A stretch of DNA of 64,000 bases from a virus (lineage: Duplodnaviria > Caudoviricetes): positions 1 through 64,000 of IMG/VR virus record IMGVR_UViG_3300013307_000671; one strand, written 5' to 3'. Positions 29,966 to 40,471 of the stretch are shown here, piece after piece; position 1 is the stretch's first letter; each line of letters begins with the position of its first letter. A model generated the notes under the pieces. It saw only the letters and a program-made list of their open reading frames with translations. It was not told the DNA's origin and ran no database searches. The translations under genes and the position numbers were made by a program.

Positions 29966-30691
29966 TTAACACCAGTTAGTTATAATAGCAGGCTCTACAG
30001 CCTGAATAAATGACAGGTAATCAATCCCATCCAGAAGCAGCCCCGCTTCAAACGCCATCAGGTAAGGCAGAGGACTCACATAAGGATGAAAGCTTTTCAC
30101 GCCACCTTCAGGATAGACTGACTGCTCCATTTCCTTTTTACTTACCATTGCCAGATTTAAAAAGTCATTTTCTGACATGATTTTACCCGGCTCGATATTC
30201 CTTACACTCACAAGTTCTGCGTCATCAATGTAGCCATCAATAGCTTTCGACCACTCAGGCTTACGCACACACACATAATGGCTTTCAGGTGATATCGGTG
30301 CTCTCAGGAACTGCTCACGATACTCAACATCATAACAGCCTTCATAGTAGTCCATCAGATCGTCATAGCGTGATTTTTTATTCAGATCAGGCGTTGAGAA
30401 CAGTATACCTTTCACATCATCACCATCAAAAATCGTCTTGATTATCTCGTTTAACTTGATTTCCTCGCTTTGCTTCGCCCACTGTTTTAGCTGCAGGTTA
30501 AATAACAGGTAGTCGTTTTTTAAATGAGGATGTTCTGATTTCCATGAATCCCATAATGCCTGTATTCTCTCAACACTCACACTAAAAGAATACAGATCAT
30601 CACAAAGCTTTTCATGATTATCATTAAGCAAACTACTTATTTTTTCTTCCGGTAAATAATAACCGATATTTTTATGAACATGAATTCCCAT
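29966..30691 (-). CDS. Hypothetical protein, paralog 3 of a tandem trio
   Basis: Shared motifs 'HKNIGY', 'LFSTP', 'DYYE', 'FHPYV', 'EPAIIT.W'. Confidence 0.8.
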   Translation of the reverse strand: MGIHVHKNIGYYLPEEKISSLLNDNHEKLCDDLYSFSVSVERIQALWDSWKSEHPHLKNDYLLFNLQLKQWAKQSEEIKLNEIIKTIFDGDDVKGILFSTPDLNKKSRYDDLMDYYEGCYDVEYREQFLRAPISPESHYVCVRKPEWSKAIDGYIDDAELVSVRNIEPGKIMSENDFLNLAMVSKKEMEQSVYPEGGVKSFHPYVSPLPYLMAFEAGLLLDGIDYLSFIQAVEPAIITNWC

Positions 30692-30692
30692 T

Positions 30693-31400
30693 TCAGCTCC
30701 AGTAAGTTATCATAGCAGGTTCAAGCACCTGAATAAAATCAGTATAAGAAACGCCTTCTTTTAATACGCCCAACTCATACGCCACAATATAAATCAATGG
30801 ATCAACAAAAGGATGAAAATACTTATCATCCTCGCTTTCAGGATATATCCAGCCTTTCGGTTCTGATTTTACTATGCCCTTTATCTCAAGCCAGCCTATT
30901 TTATCTGACGTTAAGGCATTACCAGCATCTAAGTTTTTAAAATCCCCTGTATCATCACCCGTTAGCTCTGGCTTTTTTATACAAACGTAGCTGAAGTTTG
31001 GATAAATACTTGAGCGAAGATTTTTCACTTTAAATGTAGGATCTTTGATTTCCTCATAATAATCTATCGTGTCATTATGACGAGATTTATTTGCCAGGTC
31101 CGGCGTTGCGAATAATACGCCTTCATGATTATAGCCATTTACAATATCCTGAATAACCCGATAGCTATTAAAAGTATCAAGACCATCTACAAACCATGAA
31201 TAAAATGAAAATCGACTATTTAAATGATAACCTTTTTCGTTCGGAAAGCTGCCTGAGTGCTTCTCTAAAGCACTTTCAAACCATAGTCTATCTAATACCT
31301 CATTTTCATCGATTTTATCCTCATAACCCTCAGAAAGAATACATTCTATCTTTTCTTTTGGCAGGAAATACCCGATAGCTTTATTTATTCTAATGCCCAT
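30693..31400 (-). CDS. Hypothetical protein, paralog 2 of a tandem trio
   Basis: Same motifs as 29966-30691. Confidence 0.8.
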   Translation of the reverse strand: MGIRINKAIGYFLPKEKIECILSEGYEDKIDENEVLDRLWFESALEKHSGSFPNEKGYHLNSRFSFYSWFVDGLDTFNSYRVIQDIVNGYNHEGVLFATPDLANKSRHNDTIDYYEEIKDPTFKVKNLRSSIYPNFSYVCIKKPELTGDDTGDFKNLDAGNALTSDKIGWLEIKGIVKSEPKGWIYPESEDDKYFHPFVDPLIYIVAYELGVLKEGVSYTDFIQVLEPAMITYWS

Positions 31401-31409
31401 TTATTATCC

Positions 31410-32102
31410 TTATTTCCAATATGTGATGATAGCTGGCTCAAGTGCCGTAATAAACTCAACATACGTCATCTCTTTAATGATTTTTATTTCACGCATAATA
31501 TGATAAATCAGCGGATTAACATAAGGATGAATATATTTAGGCTCATCATTTTTAGGCGCAGACCACTCTTTATATTTTAGACCACAACACGCACTAATCG
31601 TATCACGACCAATAGCATCGCCTACCTGAATCGTCTTCCTGTCAGGATAGAAATGAGGGTAAAATTGACTGAGTTTCTCATTTTGATCAAGGGGCTTTAC
31701 AAACACATAAGAGCTATCTGGATACAGCGGCACACCCAACATCTTTATTTTAAAATCATGATGATTTTCGTAATAATCAATATAATCATCGCCCCGACCT
31801 TTATTCTTAAAATAAGGTGTTGTAAACATTATTCCTTTTAGTTCATCAAAATGATAAACAGGATAAATAAAATCAGACAGCAAAACAGATTCGGAACTTA
31901 ATAACGTTCTTGCCTCATATTCTACAAATAAATAGCCGTTCCTGTTTTTATTTTTATCATTGTGAATAGCGTTATAGACATTCTCCAGCACTTCTTTCGT
32001 CAATATATTTTGAGAAATTATCTGATCATAACCATCCACTAAAACCTCATGGAAGTCTCTCATTAAAAAATAACCAATATCTTTGTGTATTCTGTTGCTC
32101 AT
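31410..32102 (-). CDS. Hypothetical protein, paralog 1 of a tandem trio
   Basis: Same motifs as 29966-30691. Confidence 0.8.
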   Translation of the reverse strand: MSNRIHKDIGYFLMRDFHEVLVDGYDQIISQNILTKEVLENVYNAIHNDKNKNRNGYLFVEYEARTLLSSESVLLSDFIYPVYHFDELKGIMFTTPYFKNKGRGDDYIDYYENHHDFKIKMLGVPLYPDSSYVFVKPLDQNEKLSQFYPHFYPDRKTIQVGDAIGRDTISACCGLKYKEWSAPKNDEPKYIHPYVNPLIYHIMREIKIIKEMTYVEFITALEPAIITYWK

Positions 32103-32176
32103 GGCTCACCTTTTTTAGTGATTATAATATATTCTTATCCACAACGCAAAAAAGCCGCTCGTGCGGCTTTTCATGA

Positions 32177-32785
32177 TTATGCTATTTCCTTTACTTGCCG
32201 TTTGAAATGCTGATACTTGAAATCATTTTCCATTATCGCTTCAATATCTGCTAGCCTGATTTTCCCTTCACCTTTCACTTTTAGATGGTAAAGCTCAGCC
32301 TCACTCAAGATTCCCATATGCTCAATAATCTTTTTCAGAAGTGGCGATATCTCCCGCCGACCTGCTTTTTCATAAAAGAGTTGACCCGCAACATATCTTA
32401 ATGAGGATTTCTTTTTGAAATTCTTCATTACGTTGTGCTTGATCCATTTATCACGTAGCCCATACAAACCATTATCGATCAGATGAAGAGCGAAACAGAG
32501 AAATGAAACAGACAGCGCCACCATAAAAGAATATTTCCAGAAACTCTCGAAAAGCACGGAAATATTATTGCCCACCATAATAAGGACACCTATAAATGCC
32601 AACATAATAAAATGTGGCAGCATATCCGTTGGTCCAGCCACATCAAGCGTTTTAGTGGTCATACCTTCTTTGTCATAAATCTCTTTCTGACGCTCAATAA
32701 TATTTTCAGGCGTGCATAATGCATTGGCAACCTCTTGTGTTTCTTCTTTAGCCAGAATAAAAATAAGCTTACGTTCTTCGCTCAT
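32177..32785 (-). CDS. Hypothetical membrane protein (2 TM)
   Basis: Two hydrophobic segments. Confidence 0.65.
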   Translation of the reverse strand: MSEERKLIFILAKEETQEVANALCTPENIIERQKEIYDKEGMTTKTLDVAGPTDMLPHFIMLAFIGVLIMVGNNISVLFESFWKYSFMVALSVSFLCFALHLIDNGLYGLRDKWIKHNVMKNFKKKSSLRYVAGQLFYEKAGRREISPLLKKIIEHMGILSEAELYHLKVKGEGKIRLADIEAIMENDFKYQHFKRQVKEIA

Positions 32786-32825
32786 ATCCTTTCCTCATAA
32801 AAAAAAGCCCCGAAGGGCTTGATTA

Positions 32826-33347
32826 TTAACAGGCCGTTTCGCCCAGCATGGTCAGCACTTTCTTGTGATGCTCTTCACTCTGAGGAACACCAGTGAAGTT
32901 AATGCTCAGGAAAAACTTCAGCTTATCCGCAGTCGTTGCATTGCGCAGTTCGATTTTAGGCAGTGCTACAGAACTAAAGGAGTTTTGCTCGGCACTGTTG
33001 AAATCTTTGTAGTAAACATCCTGCTGATTCAGCCGAACTGCGATCTCATTGTTCAGGAACTTTTTCAGAGTGGTCAGACGCTGCTTGCCGTCTACAATTT
33101 CCAGAATGAAGTTTCCGCGTTCATTGTGAGTTTTTACTACAGAGATGGCACTCAGCGGCGCACCACGAACAACGCTCAGCAAAAACATATTTTGCTCAGT
33201 ATAGCCCCAAACATAATCACGCTGATAAGCGGCATCCAGATTAAGGCGGTCACATTCAATAAAAGAAATCCAGCTATCAATCGTCAGATCAGCTGAGTGA
33301 GTGTCAAAACAACGAGCAGCTTTTACGCGGTTTTCCATTAGATTCAT
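32826..33347 (-). CDS. Stand-alone DUF262 (ParB-like, GmrS-type) domain protein
   Basis: 'YQRDYVW', 'IVDGKQRLTTL', 'FLSINFTG'. Confidence 0.88.
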   Translation of the reverse strand: MNLMENRVKAARCFDTHSADLTIDSWISFIECDRLNLDAAYQRDYVWGYTEQNMFLLSVVRGAPLSAISVVKTHNERGNFILEIVDGKQRLTTLKKFLNNEIAVRLNQQDVYYKDFNSAEQNSFSSVALPKIELRNATTADKLKFFLSINFTGVPQSEEHHKKVLTMLGETAC

Positions 33348-33365
33348 CTCTGTATAGTGAGTTAG

Positions 33366-33442
<77 letters not shown>

Positions 33443-33514
33443 ATTTGATAAAAGGGATTATACATTGCCTTGTTGTCATGTACAAGCCTTTATTCGCATA
33501 AAGGCTATCTTCTT

Positions 33515-34006
33515 TTACTCTTTAGTCGAAAAATCAAACTCACCTAACGACAGGTTTCTTAAAACACTGGTGGTTCTCATGACCGTGCAGTCAAACTCAA
33601 TCAGGCCATCATCAAAAAACATGTTGACCTCATGACATTCCTTATCCTGCAGTTCGGCTTTGCTTTGCTCGATTTTTTCAGTCAAAGCAGCAAGTGAGCT
33701 ATTTACTTTCTCTTTTACCGTATCATCATCACAGACAATAACCGTATTTAACACAACTTTTTTAATATGATCATAAACATCAACATCAGAGCTTACCTTC
33801 TCATTGATATCTACAGCCTTATTATCAATCATATGCGCTTTCTTGTGATCAATGTTCAAATAAAGCACTAAATCGAAGCGAGAAGTTGCTTGCTTATGAC
33901 CTACCTGAGAATCCTGAAGCGATTTCAACAGGGCCTTAGCGCTTTCATTTTCAGGAGCCAACCGACATAAATCGATGAGTTCCTGAACGTTATATCTTGC
34001 TTTCAT
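33515..34006 (-). CDS. Hypothetical protein
   Basis: GAGG RBS; last gene of a coupled operon. Confidence 0.65.
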   Translation of the reverse strand: MKARYNVQELIDLCRLAPENESAKALLKSLQDSQVGHKQATSRFDLVLYLNIDHKKAHMIDNKAVDINEKVSSDVDVYDHIKKVVLNTVIVCDDDTVKEKVNSSLAALTEKIEQSKAELQDKECHEVNMFFDDGLIEFDCTVMRTTSVLRNLSLGEFDFSTKE

Positions 34007-34012
34007 GCTTCC

Positions 34013-34423
34013 TCACTTTTTAAACTGAACAATATTGGTGGATAAGTTATTTTCTTTTTCTTGCTGAGCCATTAAAAACCGTGCAGTCTCAAAAATGTCA
34101 TCGCTGATTTCCAAAACGCCATACTTATGCTCAATGCCATCTACTTTAAAAATGTAATGACTAAAACCATTTACATGATAATCACCAGAAGCCAAAACCT
34201 GAGCCACTTTATATTTAAAAACCTCTGTCTTCCGGCGGCTGATTTCAAAATAATAATCAGACTTCTCCAAAAACAGTGCGATTTTCTTTTTAAATAAAAA
34301 TGGAAAATAGCGGTAGACGAAAGAGTATTTTAACATATTCTCGTAATAAAACTCTTTCGCCTCAATAAAGGCACGCTCTTGCTCTACGGTTAGCATGACA
34401 GGTTTAGGCAGAGTTAAAATCAT
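34013..34423 (-). CDS. Hypothetical protein
   Basis: Operon-coupled ORF. Confidence 0.6.
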   Translation of the reverse strand: MILTLPKPVMLTVEQERAFIEAKEFYYENMLKYSFVYRYFPFLFKKKIALFLEKSDYYFEISRRKTEVFKYKVAQVLASGDYHVNGFSHYIFKVDGIEHKYGVLEISDDIFETARFLMAQQEKENNLSTNIVQFKK

Positions 34424-34430
34424 TTCTCAA

Positions 34431-34784
34431 TTATCCTTTAAGGTCTTCGATCAATGCTGAAATCCAATTCTGGCATTTTATGACTTTATCCTGGATGGTA
34501 TTCCGGGATTGTTCAAAACGACTGTGATATCCCACATTATTTTTCTGTGATAGGGCCACTTCGGTCAATGCCTTCAACAGATCATCTTTATTGGCGATTT
34601 CAACTGAATCATGAGAAAGCGCTTTAAGCACATCATTCAGTTTTTGAAAGTTTTCCGCAGCCACATCAGAAATATTATATGCGTCGTTTTTCATAGAATA
34701 CATAGGCTCAGAAACTCCGCCCAATCCTTCTTTAACTTCATTTAATACCATATTATTTACTTTGCTCATATTTCCTCCGCTCAA
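34431..34784 (-). CDS. Hypothetical protein
   Basis: GGAGG RBS before MSKVN. Confidence 0.6.
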   Translation of the reverse strand: MSGGNMSKVNNMVLNEVKEGLGGVSEPMYSMKNDAYNISDVAAENFQKLNDVLKALSHDSVEIANKDDLLKALTEVALSQKNNVGYHSRFEQSRNTIQDKVIKCQNWISALIEDLKG

Positions 34785-35449
34785 TAGTTTAGCATTGCGA
34801 TGTGTTTGCCTTCAATGAAGCCTGGTAGCTCACACTCATCAGAAAAATCCTTGATACTACACCATGCCTCATAGTCGTCCTGACGCGTGATAAACGCCAG
34901 ATCAGCATGGATTTGATAACTTCTTGGATAGTTGGCTCTGAAGTTATATCGATCAATACGACACGCCGTGTTTTCCCATTCCTCAAACGCAAAGGTAATC
35001 ACTTCAACTTCAACTTCTGTCCTTACATAATCAGGCGTATATACGATGTCTTGACCTTCAAATGACAACGCATTCCATTTATCAAAAACATCCATTTGAA
35101 GTGAACTTAGATCAAATGATTTTCTATTATACCCGAAAGCCGCAGGTTTTGCCCAAAGCGCATCACCCACATAAACATACTCATCAAAATCTTTAGCGTC
35201 GATTTGCGTCATCAGGTCTTCCTGACACGACCACAGAGGCATAACCACTTTGCGTGAACCATAACGCTCTTTCAGAGCATCAAAGCTCCAGATAGAGTTA
35301 TACAGGTTTACATTGCTCTGACCTTCCGCATAATCCTCCATTAACTCAATAAAGGGATTGTCGTAAAAAGTCAGCACTTTTTTCTTTGTAAACGGCACTA
35401 CACTATCATCTCTGATATAAAGCTTAGTCTCTCCGTTATAACTCATCAT
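34781..35449 (-). CDS. Hypothetical protein
   Basis: GAGG RBS. Confidence 0.7.
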   Translation of the reverse strand: MMSYNGETKLYIRDDSVVPFTKKKVLTFYDNPFIELMEDYAEGQSNVNLYNSIWSFDALKERYGSRKVVMPLWSCQEDLMTQIDAKDFDEYVYVGDALWAKPAAFGYNRKSFDLSSLQMDVFDKWNALSFEGQDIVYTPDYVRTEVEVEVITFAFEEWENTACRIDRYNFRANYPRSYQIHADLAFITRQDDYEAWCSIKDFSDECELPGFIEGKHIAMLNY

Positions 35450-35533
35450 CGCCTCTCTAACTATTATTTATTGCGACAATATACCATAATCATGTATTAC
35501 AAACAACAAAAAAGCAGCCGAAGCTGCTTTCTT

Positions 35534-36307
35534 TTATTTTCCTAACATCGTTGATAGTAAATACATCACGCTAGCCTTAGCCGAAACCACGTACTCTGGC
35601 TCAAGCTCAATAAAATTCGCATCACATCCCAAAGCAAACACCGAGTGTGTTGCTACGATTATCTGCAGGTCGTGCTCTTTAGCCGCTTTATCGAGCATAG
35701 CAAAAAGACGCTGCTGGACAGGCACTGCCAAACCTGATTCAGGCTCATCCAGTAAAATCGACTTCTGGCCTACTGGAATACGCGCCTCTAATAGTTTCGC
35801 CCTGTCTTCTTCGAGATACTGACGACTTATATTTTTGAACTTTACCTCATCAGCAATCTTATCATTGCCCGTTAAAATATTGACGATCTTACCCATCCGA
35901 TAAAGCGTCGTTTTACCCGTTGACTCGCTCAGCCGCAACTCCGCAATACCTTCTGACATGAAATCATCATCAAATGCCGCTGATCCACCAATCAAGCCAA
36001 CAGCCTCACGAGGATTACAATACATTGCTGGCTGTCCATCATGAAATACCTCAATCCCGTCAAGGTTCTCAAAACCAAACATGCTATTCCATTTATTCGT
36101 AACAACAGATTCGCCTGACTGCTTACAGGCCATAGACAAAGCCATCATCGACAAAATCGTTGATTTCCCCGTGCCGTTCGGAGCATAAATAATATTCAGG
36201 CCGGGTTTAAACTCGATTTTCTTGTTTTTCTTAAAGAAATCAAGTTTCGCAGCATAGCCAAACTCTTTGTTTTTATTCAGGCCTTTAAAAGCAATCTTAG
36301 AAAACAT
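35534..36307 (-). CDS. Stand-alone ABC-type (AAA_21-like) ATPase
   Basis: 'APNGTGKS', 'ESTG', 'ILLDEPESGL', 'IVATHS'. Confidence 0.85.
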   Translation of the reverse strand: MFSKIAFKGLNKNKEFGYAAKLDFFKKNKKIEFKPGLNIIYAPNGTGKSTILSMMALSMACKQSGESVVTNKWNSMFGFENLDGIEVFHDGQPAMYCNPREAVGLIGGSAAFDDDFMSEGIAELRLSESTGKTTLYRMGKIVNILTGNDKIADEVKFKNISRQYLEEDRAKLLEARIPVGQKSILLDEPESGLAVPVQQRLFAMLDKAAKEHDLQIIVATHSVFALGCDANFIELEPEYVVSAKASVMYLLSTMLGK

Positions 36308-36371
36308 AACGAATCTCTCAGTTAATCAGTCAGCTTTACTATACCAGCATCCCCTATTAAAGACAACATGA

Positions 36372-37160
36372 TTATACTAATGATTCACGATAGTCTGGAA
36401 CGATTAAATCGAGATTAAACTCATTAACAAACCTATCATCGTTATCATTCCAGAACTGGTAATAACCGCCTTCAAATATGCATCTGATCCAGAAACCATC
36501 CTCTGTTCCTTTTTTCTTCACCATGAAGAGGTATTCATTATTGGGTTTATTAGCGATTTCTATACTTACTTCATTTTCCTGAACTCCCTTCTCTTCTAAA
36601 AGCAATAACAAAAACTCATGTGCTAATGCTGAGATAATTTTCCGGTATCCTTCACTTTCATTATAATAATAATCCAGTATTTCCTTTTGAGAATATCTGC
36701 TGTCTTTCAAAAGCTTTGGATCAATCTTTTCTTGAGCAAAGCTTTTAAAAACTAGAGCACCAAAGATATTCATTGGATTAACAACAACTTTGCCAGAAGC
36801 TCTATGATTTTCCATATAGGTATAATCTAGAGAAAGCTCGACAAACCTCCTCTCCAGCTCTGAAAGCTCCAGAGACGCAATCTCAGCCCTTTTTATATTC
36901 TCAACATCTACTTGTAGCACCGCATAAAAGAATGCTGCCTTAGACTTGTCTGAGTGCGTATAAACCAGTAATACTTCTCTATCTTCTGGCTTAACACTTC
37001 GCGGATAGCTTTCTTCGTATTTCTTGTTATATTGCTCAACAAGAGAACCTAAATAACTGTCAATGGTTTTATCATAGCCATTATCAATCTCTTTTTGATA
37101 TCCCGCTATTATTTCTGCGAATATTTTATTCTTATTAACAGCATTACCTGTATTTTCCAT
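36372..37160 (-). CDS. Hypothetical protein
   Basis: 262-aa ORF with GAGGA RBS. Confidence 0.7.
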   Translation of the reverse strand: MENTGNAVNKNKIFAEIIAGYQKEIDNGYDKTIDSYLGSLVEQYNKKYEESYPRSVKPEDREVLLVYTHSDKSKAAFFYAVLQVDVENIKRAEIASLELSELERRFVELSLDYTYMENHRASGKVVVNPMNIFGALVFKSFAQEKIDPKLLKDSRYSQKEILDYYYNESEGYRKIISALAHEFLLLLLEEKGVQENEVSIEIANKPNNEYLFMVKKKGTEDGFWIRCIFEGGYYQFWNDNDDRFVNEFNLDLIVPDYRESLV

Positions 37161-37276
37161 AAATCCTCTCTTTTCTTTTTATTATGCCATTTCCTTATCC
37201 GCATTATCAAAAAAAAGCTTGATTGCCTTTCTCATTTACTCTATAATGACAACTCCAAATCAGAGAGGTTTATATC

Positions 37277-37558
37277 ATGTCTCATAAGTTTACTGAATCA
37301 GAAATGAGCGCTTTAAGCCAGCTTTCTCAGCAGCGATCTATTCTTATCTCTCAGATTCCTGACAAAAACATCAATGACCATCTTGATGGCCTGACAGCAG
37401 GTATGACAACCTATAAAAAGCTGATTAAGAAAGGTCTATGCCTTATTACTGAAGAAGATCCTGTTTTGTTTGATGGTGATGATGAAGAGTTTTATTTCAC
37501 ACCTTCCATTGAACTTACTGAAGAAGGTGAAAGCCTGATTAAAACACTTTCTTTTTAA
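37277..37558 (+). CDS. Hypothetical protein, possible winged helix
   Basis: Promoter TATAAT-GACAAC at 37242; GAGG RBS; 'LIKKGL...ELTEEG'. Confidence 0.65.
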   Translation: MSHKFTESEMSALSQLSQQRSILISQIPDKNINDHLDGLTAGMTTYKKLIKKGLCLITEEDPVLFDGDDEEFYFTPSIELTEEGESLIKTLSF

Positions 37559-37671
37559 GCATTTATCTCTTTAACTTCTTAAAGGTGGCTCTGCACCTTT
37601 TCTTTTTGCAGGACTTTACGACCGACAATAAAAAAGGCGGACTCGCCGCCTTTCTTGCTTATTTTCTCAGG

Positions 37672-39048
37672 TTATTCCGCTCTATTAAAACGTTTATGCC
37701 CGTAATTTCCTTTGATAGTTTTTGTCTCAAAGTCTATCTCAGCATTTTCATAATCACGCAGTTTCTGGATAGCATCTTTCATGATGAGCACCGGGAACAT
37801 ATCTTCACGACCAACAATCACCAGGTGAGATACCGGACCGCCGCGCTCAGTGATTACGACACCTGCTTTTTTCGCCAGCGCCTCATATTTCAGGTTAGCA
37901 TTCGGCAGCACTAAAATATCTTTGTCTGTGATATTCTCACTGTTTTCAAACACAACACGCCCGGAGAACTTCGTCATTTTCGCATCATTCAGCACTGAGA
38001 AATCGCCCGCATCTTGATAGAAAAACCGCATACTATCAATCATATCATAGAAACGGCTTGTCTCTGGATTATCATAGTTATACTCTTCACCATTCAGGCC
38101 ATTTCCCATTGCCAGCCATAAATCTGAGTGGAAGCTGGAGTCGCCTTCCATTTTCAGACCACTTTCACAAACTGGCTTCCAGATACTTGAATCACGGGTG
38201 ATATAAGCCATAACCAGTTCAACAGGAACTTCCTGAGTGATTTCCTCACCGTTATGCTTGAACTGAACTTCTTTCCATGAAACATTTCGCTCATTACACG
38301 CAGCCAATACCTTTCCACGCATTGTATCCGCCATGATATCTACGCTTGGGTAGCTATATTGCTGAGCGATACTTTCAAGATACGCCATACGCGCATTTTT
38401 AAAATACGCATTTGACCGCTCACGCTTTTGTTCTTCTTTGACCGGATCGGGCTGTGGCTCTGGCTTAGGCGCTTCTTTTTTAACCTCAATACCATTCATG
38501 ATGTTATAACACTCCATCGCTGAACGAGCGAAGTCAGACTTTTTTAGCCACATTGGTGATGTGTTAGGATCTTTTTTCTCTGCAACCATAAACCACGTTG
38601 AGCCAAAACGGAAAAGACGTTCTGTATTTTTATTGCTCATATATTTTACAGCCGCATCAAACATTTTATCGTGATCAAAATGGGAGCCATGCTGTAAACC
38701 ATAATTCTCCATCATGCGCTCAAAGTCTTTTGGCTCAATCATATGGGAATATTGGAAAAACTCACCATTGCTATAGAAACAGTCTTCTGCGTAAACCTCA
38801 CGAACTGTCTGCTTGTAGTCCTCAGAGTCATTATCTTCGACAACTTGAATATCATCATTTGCGCCTGTCAGCGTTTTATCGCCACGCAGAATCGCCATAG
38901 ATAGCTCCATAGGGAAATCTTCAAAATATTCGTTAAAATACGCCCATGCTTTAGCCCATTCTCCACTTAAAACCATATCACGCGCAGTTTCAACAATAGC
39001 AGAACCATGAACAGTAAAACGTGCCATAGAGATAGAAGATATGGTCAT
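37672..39048 (-). CDS. Protein with C-terminal PEP-utilising phosphohistidine swivel domain
   Basis: 'DILVLP...AGVVITERGGPVSHLVIVGRE'. Confidence 0.75.
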   Translation of the reverse strand: MTISSISMARFTVHGSAIVETARDMVLSGEWAKAWAYFNEYFEDFPMELSMAILRGDKTLTGANDDIQVVEDNDSEDYKQTVREVYAEDCFYSNGEFFQYSHMIEPKDFERMMENYGLQHGSHFDHDKMFDAAVKYMSNKNTERLFRFGSTWFMVAEKKDPNTSPMWLKKSDFARSAMECYNIMNGIEVKKEAPKPEPQPDPVKEEQKRERSNAYFKNARMAYLESIAQQYSYPSVDIMADTMRGKVLAACNERNVSWKEVQFKHNGEEITQEVPVELVMAYITRDSSIWKPVCESGLKMEGDSSFHSDLWLAMGNGLNGEEYNYDNPETSRFYDMIDSMRFFYQDAGDFSVLNDAKMTKFSGRVVFENSENITDKDILVLPNANLKYEALAKKAGVVITERGGPVSHLVIVGREDMFPVLIMKDAIQKLRDYENAEIDFETKTIKGNYGHKRFNRAE

Positions 39049-39872
39049 GTGATGCCCTTAGAAAGTTAGTTAGTCTTCGTATTAGGTTCATTATAACAAC
39101 AAGCACCAACATGCACAAGGCTTTATTGTCATTATTTATCTTATAAAGAGGCCTAGATGGATTGCGATGCTCTTATAAAGAAAAAAGAGCCAGTGATGGC
39201 TCTTTAATCGTTGTGTCATGCGTAATGGATATGGGAGTAAAGCATAATACCGCCCATTATTGCTATCATCATGTAGATCTTGGCAGCATTCTTAAACTCG
39301 CTGGACTTAACGGGATTTGACTCACAAACCATCCGAAATTGTCTGACGTTTAATACCGTCATCAGCAAACCGAATACAATAAATACAAAATATTGAATCA
39401 TGCCTCACCTTTATCCAGCATTACAGGCTTACACCATCAATACTGATTTCCAGATCAAACTCATCACTCAGAGCCTTGAGTGTTTCAGAAGCTGAGAGGT
39501 CAGAGCGATAAATATCATCAGGATCACCACCAAATGTGACTAACACCTCCTTACCATCGATTTCGCCTTGATAAGTGAAGCTATATTTGTAGTAGTTGCT
39601 GAAGAAAACTTCCGCATCGCAATGCTGCTCAATAAAAGCTGATTTACTCATTGACATCTCCTCATTTAGTTAATGATACAACACCGATTATAAAAATAAA
39701 ACAGATTACAGCAAATACTGAAAATTGGGAAGCTTCTTTTCTCAGATCCTTCGATGTTACAGGATGACTGTCTTTAAACATTTTTGACTGTTTAAATGCT
39801 AACAGCGCCATAAAAATACACACCAAAAGCACTACGCCCAACATCACTGTAAGAATATTCATATAGAACGCC

Positions 39873-40130
39873 TTATTTGATTAAATCAACGTAGTCGCCA
39901 AACTCACGGTCAAATGTTTCGATAGCATTTTGATAATTGCCAGACATCATTTCTTTACGCAAAGCATCAGCTTTCCCTGCAGAAAAACCAAGCTGCTTAC
40001 CAAGCTTACGAGCATGTCCCATCAAAGCAAATACATTACCATCCGGCCCATGAAGGTCAATCGTTGGTTTTTCATTAGTGCGGGATTTGATAGCCATTGT
40101 ATTCTCCAGTAATTGTCTCAGTTCAGTCAA
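39873..40130 (-). CDS. Conserved phage/plasmid small protein
   Basis: 'IDLHGPDGNVFALMG...MMSGNY'; true start probably MAIKS. Confidence 0.65.
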   Translation of the reverse strand: MTELRQLLENTMAIKSRTNEKPTIDLHGPDGNVFALMGHARKLGKQLGFSAGKADALRKEMMSGNYQNAIETFDREFGDYVDLIK

Positions 40131-40471
40131 AAGAGTATAGCAAGTTATGACAACAAATACAAGCTTTTTTAATGCCCGTAGTTACATCCAATCATATACT
40201 CAACACCACCAATTATCAGCTTTTGATTGAATGATCCACAGCAACCATTTTCAATAGCGAGGTTAAAGGCAAACTCTTCATCTTCATTACCAACACGAGC
40301 AAAACGGAAGTTGTCCGCACACTCAAGATCTTCTCGCTCTATTGCCTCATTTAGCGCCTCACGGCAGGCACTCAACTCTTGCTCAGTCATAGACACTCCT
40401 TTTAAGTAAGGGTTTATTTTATCAAAATGTCAGATCAAAGACAACAAAAAAGAGCCGAAGCTCTTTTTATT

